NCBI RefSeq assembly: GCF_006345805.1
Contig: NC_043000.1
Coordinates: 39,060,001 to 39,124,000 of the forward strand
Direction of reading: 5' to 3'
Length of the DNA: 64,000 nucleotides
DNA from: Octopus sinensis
Lineage: Eukaryota
This document shows positions 1 through 12,379 of this stretch, in pieces. A program made the position numbers and the translations under genes. The notes under the pieces are model-generated. The model made no database searches. It saw only the letters and a list, made by a program, of their open reading frames with translations, and was not told where the DNA came from. The stretch's first letter is position 1; the number at the start of each line of letters is the position of its first letter.

Positions 1-60
1 GACTGAACCCGGAACCATGCGGTTCAGAAGGGAGCTTCTTACCACACAACCACGTCCGCT
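1..60 (-). mobile_element. SINE-C tRNA-derived head, partial (cut by window edge)
   Basis: Reverse complement matches the GTGGCTGTGTGG..AAGAAGC..GGTTCCGGGTTCAGTC head seen at 25650-25707 and 35845-35900. Confidence 0.7.
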
Positions 61-576
61 CCTTACGTCAAATCCGTAAAGACTTCACGAAGAGAAACTC
101 TGAAAACATTCTCTAACGAGCCGCCATGTTAATCTTGTCTCCTTCAACAATGGAAATACACAATCACTACATATACCATGAAAGCAATGTCATACCAACC
201 CGCATGAAACAAACATGAACAACACTCAACCAGAACGTCATTGAGGTTCTCTTCTTATGATTTCACATTCCACATTATAAAGACTACATCACAAAGTCTG
301 ACCTTCTACTTGCAAGCCAGAATGTATCGAATCTCGCCAAAATTGCAAATATGAAAGGAGAGCCAGAAGTGAAACGTATTGCACCATGATTTGAAACGTT
401 TCTTACAGCTACACATTACAAACAGATTCGACTCTAAAAGGCTGATCCAGCTATCGGCACGAAGTCACTCTCCCATGCACTCTGCAATCTCTAATCTATA
501 GACGTGCTATCCGATCAATCTTTCCTTTTAACCGCTACTAAAGTGGATCCTGCTCCACTGAACCGACTGATTTCTC

Positions 577-627
<51 letters not shown>

Positions 628-989
628 CTAAAGCTTGGTTGTAGCGACATAGTTTTTTTTTATTCCTTCTTTAAGTTATCCACTATAGAAACGGAGCAAA
701 GATCACTGACTCGAAATATCTATTTCTTCACGACTCACTGCCTTTCGGTTCACCGGCTGCTTCTATGCACTCTGTGAATGACATAAAATTAAGTAGGAAT
801 TCGCTAATCTGCACAAAATACTTTTTTTCCAATAAAACAGCTGGTGATATAAAAGTATGGTAAGTCCTCTGGACATTATTGTCTATAGTCCTGGGACTCT
901 TAGAAACCGGTAACCAGCGTTTAATTGACAGCACGGCCCACGAACGGGACGCCAATCAGCTGCAAGATCGGTTATTTACCGCGAGGTTG

Positions 990-1105
990 TCTGGAGTATC
1001 ATAGAACCAAGTATTTTGCTCAATAATATAACACACCGTCCGGTCCTGGAAACGAAACCCCAATCATGCGAGAAACTTCCTAACCATTGGGCCAGGCATC
1101 TGCAC
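990..1105 (-). mobile_element. tRNA-derived SINE head (SINE-B-like), degenerate
   Basis: Minus strand reads TGGCCCAATGGTTAGG (A-box-like) ... GGTTTCGTTTCC (B-box-like), similar to 23871-23940. Confidence 0.5.
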
Positions 1106-1952
1106 AGTAAGTGATATACCATGCTTTTATATCCATTCAGAGGTCCGTCTTCCTTTATATTCATTCTGTGGCAAAATAGACACAATAAAATAAAAACCTG
1201 ACCAACCTCAAATAATGTCTCCCTATGTCAAAGCACTCGTGAAGAAAAGCAAGGCAAAAGTCCTCCGTTGCTAATTTAAATTACGATGGTGGCCACCGAA
1301 AACAACAAGTTGACCTTTTTCCCCCCGTCAATGCTAAACATACGGCTGACCCTCATATCGCCATTTCTACCTCTATCACCGTCCATCACATTCCCAATAC
1401 CAATTTCGATTGTGTCTTTTCTTGTATCTAACATCAACTGATGCCTTTAGCCGTGTCGGCCACCTTATTGTTTCAAACATTTCCAGTTCCTGACCTCTAC
1501 AATCAGCCAACATTCTTTAATACAAATTCAATTCTTATTCTCCCTTTCACACAATATTTTCATAATACACCGTTACCGTTCTTCTTCTTCTTTTTCGTCC
1601 TGCTCCCTCCCCTTCTCCTATTTCCTCCTCTTTTCTCCCCCTCACCTTTCTTTCTGCTTGTCTTTTCATCTTTCTATCTTTCTTTCTTTCTTTCTTTGTC
1701 TTTTCTTCTTCCAATTCTTGCTCCTTTCTCTCCCCCTTCTTCTACCCCCACCTCTGTCTATACGAAGTTTTCAGCATCTTTAGTCAGCTGCTGCTGCTGC
1801 TGCCACGGGTGTCGTTAATCTATTTAATATTCCAATAAGATACACCAATATCGACTGGAATCAACTAATTAGTTTCGATTCCCCACTCTTGCCACAAGAT
1901 ATCGATTAGGGAAGGGTTGCGCTAAGGTTTAGTGAGGACTGGGTCACGGCAT

Positions 1953-2006
<54 letters not shown>

Positions 2007-2380
2007 AGTGGTGAGAGCAGCTGTCATGGTGGTGGTTTTAATGGTGATGGCGATGGTGCTAGTGACTGCTATGGTGGTGGTGGTGGTGGTGGTGGTGGTG
2101 GTGGTGGTGTGCTTGTAGTGGTGATGGTGGTAGTGATGGCGGTAGTGGTGTTGGTAGTGGTGGTTGTGATGGTGCTTGTGGTGTTGATGGTGATGGTGCA
2201 GGTGGCGGTGCTGGTGGTAGTAGTGGTGGTGGTGATGGTGCCTGTGGCGATGGTGCTTGTGGTGGTGCTGGTGCTGGTGCTGGTGCTGGTGGTTGTGGTC
2301 GTCGTCGTCGTGCTGCTGCTGCTGATATTGGCAGTGGTGGTGGTAGTGATGAAGACGGTGGTGCTAGTAAATGTGCCAGC
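1953..2380. repeat. (TAC)n followed by (GGT)n and cryptic GTG/GGT simple sequence
   Basis: Seen directly; explains the poly-Y/G/V and poly-T/P ORFs. Confidence 0.95.
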
Positions 2381-2889
2381 GTGAGAATTTATTGAAATAT
2401 AGTGTTGATGATGTTGGTGATGGCGATGGTGATGGTGACGGTGGCATGGTGTTGTGTTGGTCTTGAGTAGTGGTACTGATGGGAGTAGCAATAACGGTCT
2501 AAATAATTGTAGAAGTGGATGTGTGAGGGATAAACTATACAAGGTGCGAGAGGTATTTGAGGACACGTTTGGTTATTTGATAAAAGAACTTTAATCTACA
2601 GAAAAACCGAATACATTTTAATAAAATCAATGCGATTCTTTTCGATAAGCTTTCTCGTGAGGTTATTTATGAATTCGCCTCAAAATTCGGCAACTGTTTC
2701 GATGCGGGACCAATACTAATGACATGTTCGCACTAAATGGTCCTTATTCATTTTAGACATCATCTAAGCCAGTGGTTCCCGACCATTTTCTTACCTATGT
2801 ATTTTTTGATTTTTATATGACTCGGGTGGACGCTTCTGATTTATATGTTCTTCAGGTGAAGCCTCATAACAATTCGATTTTCAAAAAAA

Positions 2890-2993
2890 ATTTGTCAAAT
2901 TTTAATCCCATGGATTATTACGTTTGGAGCGTTGTTCAAAGGGAAACTAATCGAGGTCCTCACAATATTGTTTCAATAAGGGACGCCGCTATT
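2890..2993 (+). mobile_element. Tc1/mariner transposase C-terminal fragment
   Basis: Translates NFNPMDYYVWSVVQRETNRGPHN, resembling the SPDLNPxDYxxW motif of DDD/E transposases. Confidence 0.55.
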
Positions 2994-3083
2994 TGGGGCA
3001 GAAGTTCTCGTTATTTTTTTACAAATAAATATTATTAGGGATTGCATTAAAAAATTAATAAGATATTTGGTATTATTATTATT

Positions 3084-3155
3084 TAGATCACTGCCTGGAA
3101 TCGAACTCGGAATCCTGGAGTTAGTAGCCCGCACTTTTAACCGCTACGCCATATG
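3084..3155 (-). mobile_element. Minimal tRNA-like SINE (~72 nt) with TAA-type tail
   Basis: Minus strand: TGGCGTAGCGGTTAA (A box), GAGTTCGATTCC (B box), then AATAATAATAAT; no intact acceptor stem. Confidence 0.6.
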
Positions 3156-3687
3156 AATAATAATAATAATAATAATAATAATATAATAATAATAATAATA
3201 ATGATTATTATAAAAATAATTATTATTATAAAAAATAATTATTGTTATAAAAACAACAACAACAACATGGATGTAATAAGAACAACATGGATGCACTAAA
3301 CCGGGTTCTCCATTCAAAAACAAATCTAATCTAATAACATCGATGGAATTAGATAAAGGAACCTGAGGAAGACCCGAAGGAAGCGGCCTTTTAACGAAGA
3401 TACTGAGAAAAAATAATTTTACTGCCATGCAAGGTAGTTTCTCCTACGCACGGTGTCCCAGTTAAACATGTGCGAAACACACGCGCGATATCAACACCGG
3501 AAAGTTTACAAATTATAAAATAGAAACTGACCAAAATAAAAAAAATAGTGAGTACATAAATTGAGTAATTACGCATACTCTCGAATGTCTACACAATGAT
3601 ATATACATTTTGATATCCATAGGACTACACATACACATCAATGTTGTACAAACTAAGTGAAATTTACAGAACACACACTCACGCAAA

Positions 3688-5836
3688 TGACGATTGAACA
3701 AGCACCTGGACGAAAACAAACTGTTTCCAGAAGAGCAGAAAGGATGCCGCAAAGGCTCATATGGCTGTAAAGATGAACTAATGATCAATAAAGCCATAAC
3801 TGAAAACAGCCACAGAAAGAAGAAAGGCCTCAGTATGGCCTGGATTGACTACAGAAAAGCGTTTGATAGCATCCACCACACTTGGATCCTCGAAACACTA
3901 GCCATTAACAAAGTAGCACCAACAATTATAAAATACATAGGACACTATATGAATAAATGGCAGACAGTCCTACACCTCCAAACAAAAGAGGGACACGTGA
4001 AAACCAAAGCCATCCCCATTACAAGAGGAATATTCCAGAGAGACACGCTCTCTCCACTCCTTTTCTGCTTGGCACTGTCACTTCTATCTGAAATGTTACG
4101 GCAAAACGATCAGCCACCTTTTATATATGGATGACCTAAAACTATACGCTACAAATGACAAACAGCTGGAAACACTACTAAAGACAGTTCATGGATTCAC
4201 CAAAGAAATAGATATGAAATTTGGATTAGAAAAATGCGTCAAAGTAACCCTGAAAAAAGGAAAACTAGTTAAGAGTAGCAACTAGATAAAGCCAATGAAA
4301 CAAGAGAATTAGACCAAAGTCAAACTTACAAATATTTAGGAATTCATGAACTAGATAAGACACAACACACACAAATGAAAGAGAAAATAAAGAAAGAATA
4401 CTATAGACGAGTTAGATCAATACTAAAAACAGAGCTCAATGCTAAAAACAAGATAATATGTATTAACACTTTAGCCGTCCCAGTTATAAGTTACAGCTAC
4501 AATATCCTTAACTGGACACTAAATGAACTGACCAAAATAGATAGGAAAACAAGAAAAATAATGACAGGATCTAGGATGCATCACCCAAACTCTGACATAG
4601 AAAGGCTATATATATAACGTATAGAAGGTGGTAGAGGCTTTATACAGCTGGAAAACTACTATAAAATAACCACCATAGGACTGAAAAAATATCTACTTCA
4701 GAAGGAAGGAAAACTGATACAAATAACGACAAAACACGAGCAAAACAAAAAACTGTTCTCAGTATTTAAGGAAGCTAACAATACAAACAAGAAATCATAC
4801 CTCCTAACAAATATGAAGAAGAAGAAGAAGAAGAAGAAGAAAGAAGAAGAAGAAGAAGAAGAAGAAGAAGAGAAGAAAGAAGAAGAAGAAGAAGAAGAAG
4901 AAGAAGAAGAAGAAGAAGAAGAAGAAGAAGAAGAAGAAATAAAAAACAAAAGCTATAAAACAAATGAATCAAAACTAAAACTAGAACAGCAACGGACCAT
5001 GATAAAGCGATGGCATGAAAAACCCCTTCATGGCAAGTACTGGACTGAACTAAATGCAAAAGAAATAGACAAAGAAAAATCCCAGCAATGGTTGAGAAGC
5101 TCAGGACTCAAAGCAGAGACAGAGAGATTTTTAATTGCAGCACAAGACCAAAGCCTCTCCACCAGAAATTACCAAAAACATGTAATGAAAAGAAATATAA
5201 CAAGTAACTGCAGAATATCTGGAGATGGACAAGAAACAATAAATCATATTATCTCTGGAAGCCCAGTTCTGGCTAAGAAGGAATATATTCACAGACACGA
5301 CAGAGTTGGGACCTACATACACTGGAAGCTATGCCAACATTATGGAATAACAACAGAAAAAAGATGGTATAGGCACACACCAGAAAAGGTCACAGAAAAC
5401 GAGAAAGCAACTATACTCTGGGATATGCCAATACACACAGATAGAGAAATTAAGGCCAACAGACCAGATATAGTTGTCAGAGATCATGAAGAAAAAATGC
5501 TTTCTAATTGATGTATCAATACCAGCAGATGACAACGTGTCTCTAAAAGAAATGGAGAAACTTTCAAAATACAAAGACCTGGAAATAGAGGTAACTAGAA
5601 AGTGGAATCTAAAAACAGAAACAATTCCCATCATAGTAGGTGCATTAGGCATGATAAAAAATTATTCAGACAACTACATAACGAAAACACCAGGACTTAA
5701 AATACATATAACATACAGAAAATTGCACTAATAGGCACTGCACACATCCTACGCAGAACACTTTCAATATAGTAACCATCAGAGCAACACAACAGATCAC
5801 AGCACATACCCAAGGCACACAGAGCTGCACTCGGTA

Positions 5837-5837
<1 letters not shown>
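3688..5837 (+). mobile_element. R4/Dong-type RLE non-LTR retrotransposon, 5'-truncated, frameshifted (RT, CCHC-like knuckle, RLE)
   Basis: RT motifs AWIDYRKAFDS, GIFQRDTLSPLLF, (L)YMDDLKL; knuckle region HIISGSPVLAKKEYIHRHD; RLE RPDIVV..LIDVSIP..KLSKYKDL..IPIIVGALG; ends in (TAA)n; sister copy at 49904-51913. Confidence 0.93.
4815..4938 (+). repeat. (GAA)n inside the Dong-like ORF
   Basis: ~41 units with small indels, at the same site as 50843-50964 in the sister copy. Confidence 0.95.
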
Positions 5838-5868
<31 letters not shown>

Positions 5869-5947
5869 TATAATAATAATAATATAATAATAATAATAAT
5901 AAATAATAATAATAATAATAGTAGTAATATAATAATAATAATAATAA

Positions 5948-5978
<31 letters not shown>

Positions 5979-6093
5979 AAGAAGAAGAAAAGAAGAAGAA
6001 GAAGAAGAAGAAGAAGAAGAAGAAGAAGAAGAAGAAGAAGAAGAAGAAGAAGAAGAAGAAGAAGAAGAAGAAGAAGAAGAAGAAGAAGAAGAA
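5838..6093. repeat. (TAA)n tail switching to (GAA)n
   Basis: TAA-type tract 5838-5950, GAA tract 5951-6093. Confidence 0.95.
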
Positions 6094-6160
6094 TATTGAT
6101 AATAATAAAAATATCGACAAATACCTTATGAATGGGAACCCAGGTTTGAAATTTCCCCAA

Positions 6161-6206
6161 GACTCCTGATGAAGGCTGGAGGGTATATCAGCCGAAACTT
6201 TATGTT
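6161..6206 (+). ncRNA. Degenerate minimal type I hammerhead motif in a Penelope-like pLTR fragment
   Basis: CTGATGA 6166-6172, A, stem II GGCTG/CAGCC, GAAAC 6194-6198; stems III and I are mismatched in this copy. Confidence 0.55.
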
Positions 6207-6284
6207 AACAACAAACAAGATGAGGACGAATATCTGTCAAATGTAAATAATGTACATAATTCCTCATCTCTTAAATATAGAACT

Positions 6285-6470
6285 GTATGGGATTTAAAGT
6301 TGACAAATTTCGAAGCCACAAGTTTGGTGCTACATGATCGTAAAGATTGTCTGCCATCAATTCTTGTGTTGCGTGGGTTTTGTGAGAAGACGCTGAGCCT
6401 TGCTGGAATGTTGATGACCTTCTACTAAGTACTTCATCCGAAAATTTATCAAATGAAATTTCTTCAGCCC
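6285..6470 (-). mobile_element. Tc1/mariner transposase fragment
   Basis: TFQQGSASSHKTHATQELM...NLWLRNLSTLNP resembles FQQDxAPAH...WPPxSPDLNP. Confidence 0.6.
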
Positions 6471-6559
6471 TCAACGTATCCATTTATTTTAAGACCCTGC
6501 GGAAAGACGTTAGGTGACATCACACGACTGTTGTTTCTCGCCACACATAAAAACCATCC

Positions 6560-7780
6560 CAGATGCTGGAAACTTTTTTGTGCATACCTAAGGAGACATC
6601 AAATGTATCTGCATATAACCCTTTATTTTTTCCTGTTAGACATCACCAAAGGCAAATTAACTGGAACAATCGTCTTATGGCCGTTGTTGATGCTAAACAG
6701 AGTCTACCTGAATAAGCTCAAGTTCTTCCGTGGGATAGAACTATAGCGTTACTTAGTTCTGACTTTCTCAGAATGTTTTCTTGGCGGAAATATTATGGTA
6801 GTTTGCTGTTTGCCATCCACTGTCGGATGGCCATTAGGCCACATAGAGCTCATCTACTCTTTGGCAGGTCTTAAATTTAATCCTGCTGGACGTCCAGACG
6901 CCCTCTTCACAAGAGTAGCAAGCAACCCTAGTGGGGGAACCGGTCAAGATGCTGACCACTCGAACATGGAGCAGGACGGACTGAGTCTAAAAGCACAGAT
7001 ATATCAGTCGCAGACGAGAAACATCGAGCAACGGTGACCACAACGGTGATGTAGATTACAGATTCGTTTGGCTTTTGCCAGTAGCATGCTACCAATATTT
7101 ACTTGTACTTGCAGCGGAATTCATCTGGGGTGGTTTGAACCGGCTCTGACTATCGATTTCACCATGTCTCTCACGAATACTGACCAGTTCTGATATTTGG
7201 TTGTAGTAGCGCGGGTGCCGTAGCCGTGGTCGTCATTCGCTGTTGAAGTACAGAGTCCATATTCGACGTTTCATTGTGAACACAAGTTCACATGTGGTCC
7301 CCGGTCACATACATACACACTTTGGGATAGTGCGATCAGTGGCAGCTCATCTGGCCGTCGATTGTCCTCCGTTGCAGAGGATTCACTGACCAAGTCAGCT
7401 GAATAAAGATTCATTATATGCAATAGAAGAACCAAAGCATGCCATGTTTATGAGAGCTTTTACCTAGTTTGGTAAAAATCAAACCATTTTCATGTCTTCA
7501 CAGACACGAATTTTCTTCAACTCAGTACTTGTTCATACGAGTTGTATCGGGCACCACAGCTCAGGTTGTCATTTCCGACCACTGAAGTGATGACCCTCAT
7601 TGATTTTCCGGGATAATGATTTAAAACCATTTAACGAGTTGCGGTTTTCTTATAGACTCCGAGTGTTTAGAACATGTATTTTTGTGATATGGTTTAAATA
7701 TATTGATGGAGGTTTTTAATTCCATCCAAACTTTGTGTGCAAAGAAATCTCTCATCATTTAGAAACTTGACAATATCTAA
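6560..7780 (-). mobile_element. Highly decayed Gypsy-like gag-pol remnant
   Basis: Across frames: EDNRRPDEL (like ELGDRRPSEL), YW*HATG/AKAKRIC (like CWYHxxFGxKARKC), VDSV*HQQ (like IDLVRAYHQ), RYAQKSFQH (like RNAAQTFQR); many stops. Confidence 0.3.
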
Positions 7781-8496
7781 ATCACTGCGCTCTGTATATA
7801 TTTCGACAATGATTGTATGTATTTTCATTCATTGTGTTAGCAATTTATCTGGGGTACCTGAAAGAAATACAAATCTTTCCATTAGTTTGAAGAAAATAAT
7901 ATACAGATAATTAAATGTCCTCAAAAACGCCTCACACTCTGTTATAATTTGCTTGTCTTCAAGAGAGAAGTCGGTATGTCTGGTATTTTAATAGAATTAA
8001 TGATGGCAAAACCGTGCTGGCAAATACCATTGTATTGAGGCAGTGGTGTAGGAATGGCGGTTCTGGTAGGAATACCACTGGCTGAATGGTAATGGTATGG
8101 TAGACCTGGGGTTTGTATACCAAAGTAACAGTAATATAGGCAATGGTGCGGGGTTCATAGCGTTGTGAGAATTATAAACATTCTTGTTAACCCACCTGGT
8201 CAGCTTGGTTCAACGAGACGTTGTTGTTGTTTTGGTATGTGGTGGTGGTGGTGTTAGTTTAGTCCCCAAGAAACCAGGATCAAACAGACTTATTTCCAAA
8301 GACATTCCAGTAATATGAAATTTGTAACTCGTTATTTTAGGACGCGGGTTGAAATTTCATATAGAACCGGCTACGATTTCCAACAGTTTTAGCCGCCATC
8401 GCCATCGTTAGGTAGGTGTAGGCTATTAGTTTCTATACTATTGTTGGCAGTGTTGTTGTTTCTGATAATGATGATGATAATGATCTTGCAGTTACA

Positions 8497-8615
8497 TCCG
8501 TGGTGGCGGCGGCGGCGGTAGTGGTGGTGGCGGTGGCGGCGATGGTGGTGGTGGTGGTGGTGGGTGTGTGGTGGTGGTGGTGTGGTGGTGGTGGTGGTGG
8601 TGGTGGTGGTGGTTT
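8497..8615. repeat. (GGT/GGC)n tract
   Basis: Seen directly. Confidence 0.9.
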
Positions 8616-8963
8616 TGGTGGGTAACAGTTTTGTTGAATGGAAACGCCGGTGAGGTAGGATGAGAAAGAAAGGGTGACAGATATTGAGAGAGAGAGATTT
8701 TGGAGAGAAAGTAATAGAGAGAGAAAAGGGAAAAAGAGGGGAAAAACGAAAGCAAGATTAATATGATGAAAGATAAGAGATCGAGGGAGATTACCTTCAT
8801 TTCAATGTTCGGTTAATTAGTAAGAAAATGAAGAAAGAAAAAAACAGTGAAAAATTAATTGTAGATTAATCGACAATTTTTTTTATCTTATTTATCAGTT
8901 TGTAAAAAAATTGTTTTGTACATGTATTTTACTTTAATCATCGATATTTTAATGAGTTTAATG

Positions 8964-9041
<78 letters not shown>

Positions 9042-9043
9042 GT

Positions 9044-9486
<443 letters not shown>

Positions 9487-9499
9487 TGTTTCCAATGTT

Positions 9500-9680
9500 G
9501 AGTGAAGTCGATTGTATTGATTGCAGTGCTCCATTGGTACAATTTTATCGACCTCGAAATAATGGACGGCAAAGTCGGCGTCCTCGGAAAGTGAACTCGG
9601 AACTTAGCAAAGAACAGAAGAAACGGTGCTAAGCATTTTGTCCGTCGTGGTGACGATCCTGCCAGCTGGCCACTTCTTGT
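9500..9680 (-). mobile_element. SINE-A, degenerate
   Basis: Reverse complement resembles the SINE-A head and central domain. Confidence 0.55.
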
Positions 9681-9729
9681 CATAAACTGGTAAGGATAGA
9701 AGTAAATAAAGCTGGTATTGACTGAAACA

Positions 9730-9900
9730 AGAAACCGAAGCGCCAATCTGATAAAGGCAAAGTTTGACAAAACTCAGTTAGAGAGCAAACGCAGAATCTG
9801 TGGGAAAAAAGACGAAAGCATTAACTATCTCTCAAGTGTATACAGAAAACTAGCACAGAAAGAGTATAAGCGCAGGTACGAGTGTGTTGGTAAAGGAGTC
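9730..9900 (+). mobile_element. R4/Dong-type zinc-knuckle fragment
   Basis: NLIKAKFDKTQLESKRRICGKKDESINYL..KLAQKEYKRR, homologous to 52950-53060 (minus). Confidence 0.65.
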
Positions 9901-10179
9901 TTACCTGATTTTTCCCATTAATTTGACTACTTCTGTGCTTGTACAGTTCATCTCCAACTAATAGTGACCCTTAGTATTAATACCAGGCTAAGCTATGTAT
10001 AGAAGCCTTCAGCATTCGGCCCGAATGTCCACCGGGGCTAACCAGTCCGTTCATCCACGTCGATACTTAGTGTTTCCCTATCAAAGTCATCGCTTTTCCT
10101 CTCCACTAGCCCGCTATATATTGTCAAAGTAGGATTTCTACTAACTGTATTTCCAATCTGTGAGCGTCTGGTGACATTC

Positions 10180-10860
10180 TAATTGCTGAGTGCTAATTCT
10201 TATTCTTTTCTTGACTCAGAATGATTTGTGGAAATATGTCTTACAAAATGAGCTTCCACATGATCACTGACCAGGGACACCTGCAGCCAGAACAGCCTCA
10301 GCTCGTGTCTGCTTATCAGCAGACGCGGCAAGGCTAATCTTGCCTTCCGAAAGCCATGATTGTGAATAACTGAAATATATTTGAGCCAGAATCACTGAAC
10401 ACCATTTGGTCCGGGGAATTTTCAGGCTGGTATTTTCTGATCATCTCTTCCACTTTCTTACCTGCAATACTCTTATATTCTTCTTTCGCTGCGCAATCCG
10501 TTTCTCTTTAAATTTTCAAAGCTAGTCTGCTTTATGTTATGTTGAACTTCTTTGCTTAAGATGTCTGACTAATCTTTCTTACTACTTCCGTGCATCTGGC
10601 ACATCGTCCTTCTGATGTTTATTCTCAATGTTCAGCTGTTGGTAGCATTTCCTTTCATCTAAACAGCCTGTCCTACTGGCATTGGTTTATTCTCTGAGGG
10701 GGTCTATTACCTAACACTACTTTAATCATTTGCCTGAACGCCTCATTAACTACCTGTATCCTCACTGTCTAATATTGTGCTTTATTTGGAGCTGGTTCAT
10801 GCGTCTTTCCTTCACCATCTTTTTAGCTACTGCAACATCTCTATTGAGCTGAATAACTTG
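10180..10860 (-). mobile_element. Decayed R4/Dong-type pre-RT region
   Basis: Minus-strand frames give pieces like CYQQLNIE..DDVPDA..KIPGPNGVQ, typical of the region upstream of RT in this clade; many frameshifts. Confidence 0.4.
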
Positions 10861-11149
10861 ATTCTCAACTCTCCCATCATTACAATCATCATCCATGATC
10901 ATGATCAGGATCATCATTATTACCATCACCATCATTGATATTTTAGTTTGATTCAGGTTCGGTCTTATTCCTGGTAGGATTTACGGGGGTTGCGGGTTAC
11001 TACCTGTAACCTTACGTGTCCACAAATTTTCAGTAGCCTTTTAAGTACCTAGAAACTTCTTGATAAATTTTTGCTATCCCTATGAGGCGAACTTTCTATG
11101 GATACTCTACGGGGCATTATATTCCAAAGTATTATTATAATTATTATAG

Positions 11150-11700
11150 TGTGAGGGAGCAGTGCATGCCATCAAAGTGACACTGGGGTAAAATATACTG
11201 GTACTGTATCAGAGCACCTGGCAGTGGCTTTCATGGCTTCTGATCTTAACTGATTGGAAGTGTTATCATGTACATGTTTTGACTTGGTATAAAAGATGGC
11301 CTACAGCAAATATTCTACACAAAACCACATATCTGTTCGACCTTACCCAGTTGAGCATATCCCTTGATGGCTGATGATATGTGCATCTCTGATTATGAGC
11401 AGAAGTAGGGGTGAGTATCACAACCAAGTTTTGAGAGAAATTCTTTGGGGTCTAAACAATTCACTTCTAGAGACATGGGTGTTTCGTTCAACAACCTAAA
11501 CAAACCTTATTCGGGGACCTTTGGAGGGGGATGCGCAGCTCGACCTGAAGAAAATTTTAACTGGGCTCTATCTGCAAGGTCATGCACAGTTTACCTTGAT
11601 ATGAGATCACTATATCACGCACATATGGTTGTGATGCATGTGCCTGGTGTCCCTTTATCAGACGGATAATTATGATGGGTATACTGGGCTTCGTATATAT
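11150..11700. mobile_element. Unclassified ~550-bp interspersed repeat, rearranged copy
   Basis: 11219-11590 is the reverse complement (roughly 80% by eye) of 11885-12275. Confidence 0.6.
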
Positions 11701-11879
11701 TTTAGCATGCTATATTGACCACCGACTAAACCATACTCTGTCCACATCCCTTTATCTTCTCTCATTTTTTCTTTATAACAGGTTTTGTTGGAGCTCCTGG
11801 AGTTTTGCATGCGAAGCGGGCTTTGTACCTGTACACCACGGCACCAATGCTATTCGTTTTTCTTCAGCTATCTAATACT

Positions 11880-12292
11880 TTCCTGATTATTCTGGCCTTG
11901 CTGGTGGGGCTCAGTTAGATTTTCGTCAGGTTGTGTAGCCCTTCCCGCTCAAAAGGTCCCTAAGTAACTAAATATGGGTTGTTTAAGGATGTTGAACGAA
12001 ACACACATATTTCTAAAAGTAAATTATCTAAACCCCAAAGAACTCCTCTCAACACATGGCTATGATGCTCCCCCACTACTTCTGCTCGTGATCAGAGATG
12101 CACATATCGTCAGTCACAAAGGGACATGCTCAACTGGTTAAGGTCAAACAACTGACAAGTAAATCTGTGGTATCGAGCAGAATATTTGCTGTAGCCATCT
12201 TTTATACCAAGACAAAACAATGTACATGATAACACTTCCAATCAGTTAAGTTCAGAAGCCACGAGATCTAGTGCCTGATACTGCATCCGAGC
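11880..12292. mobile_element. Second, inverted copy of the same repeat, abutting (ATC)n
   Basis: Reverse complement shares AACTGATTGGAAGTGTTATCATGTACA and many other blocks with copy 1; (ATC)n at 12296-12379. Confidence 0.65.
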
Positions 12293-12340
12293 ATTCATCA
12301 TCATCATCATCATCGTCATCGTCGTTGTCGTCGTCGTCGG

Positions 12341-12379
<39 letters not shown>

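Noticed and set aside
839-918. Hammerhead-like GCUGGU...GAAAC-CG-GUA-ACCAGC
   Set aside because: Stems I and III look plausible, but there is no CUGANGA core and the spacing to stem II is wrong.
3084-3155. Functional tRNA gene
   Set aside because: A and B boxes are present, but acceptor and anticodon stems do not pair cleanly; treated as a SINE.
7845-7880. Minus-strand splice-acceptor-like TTTCTTTCAG
   Set aside because: All three downstream frames close quickly; no partner exon found.
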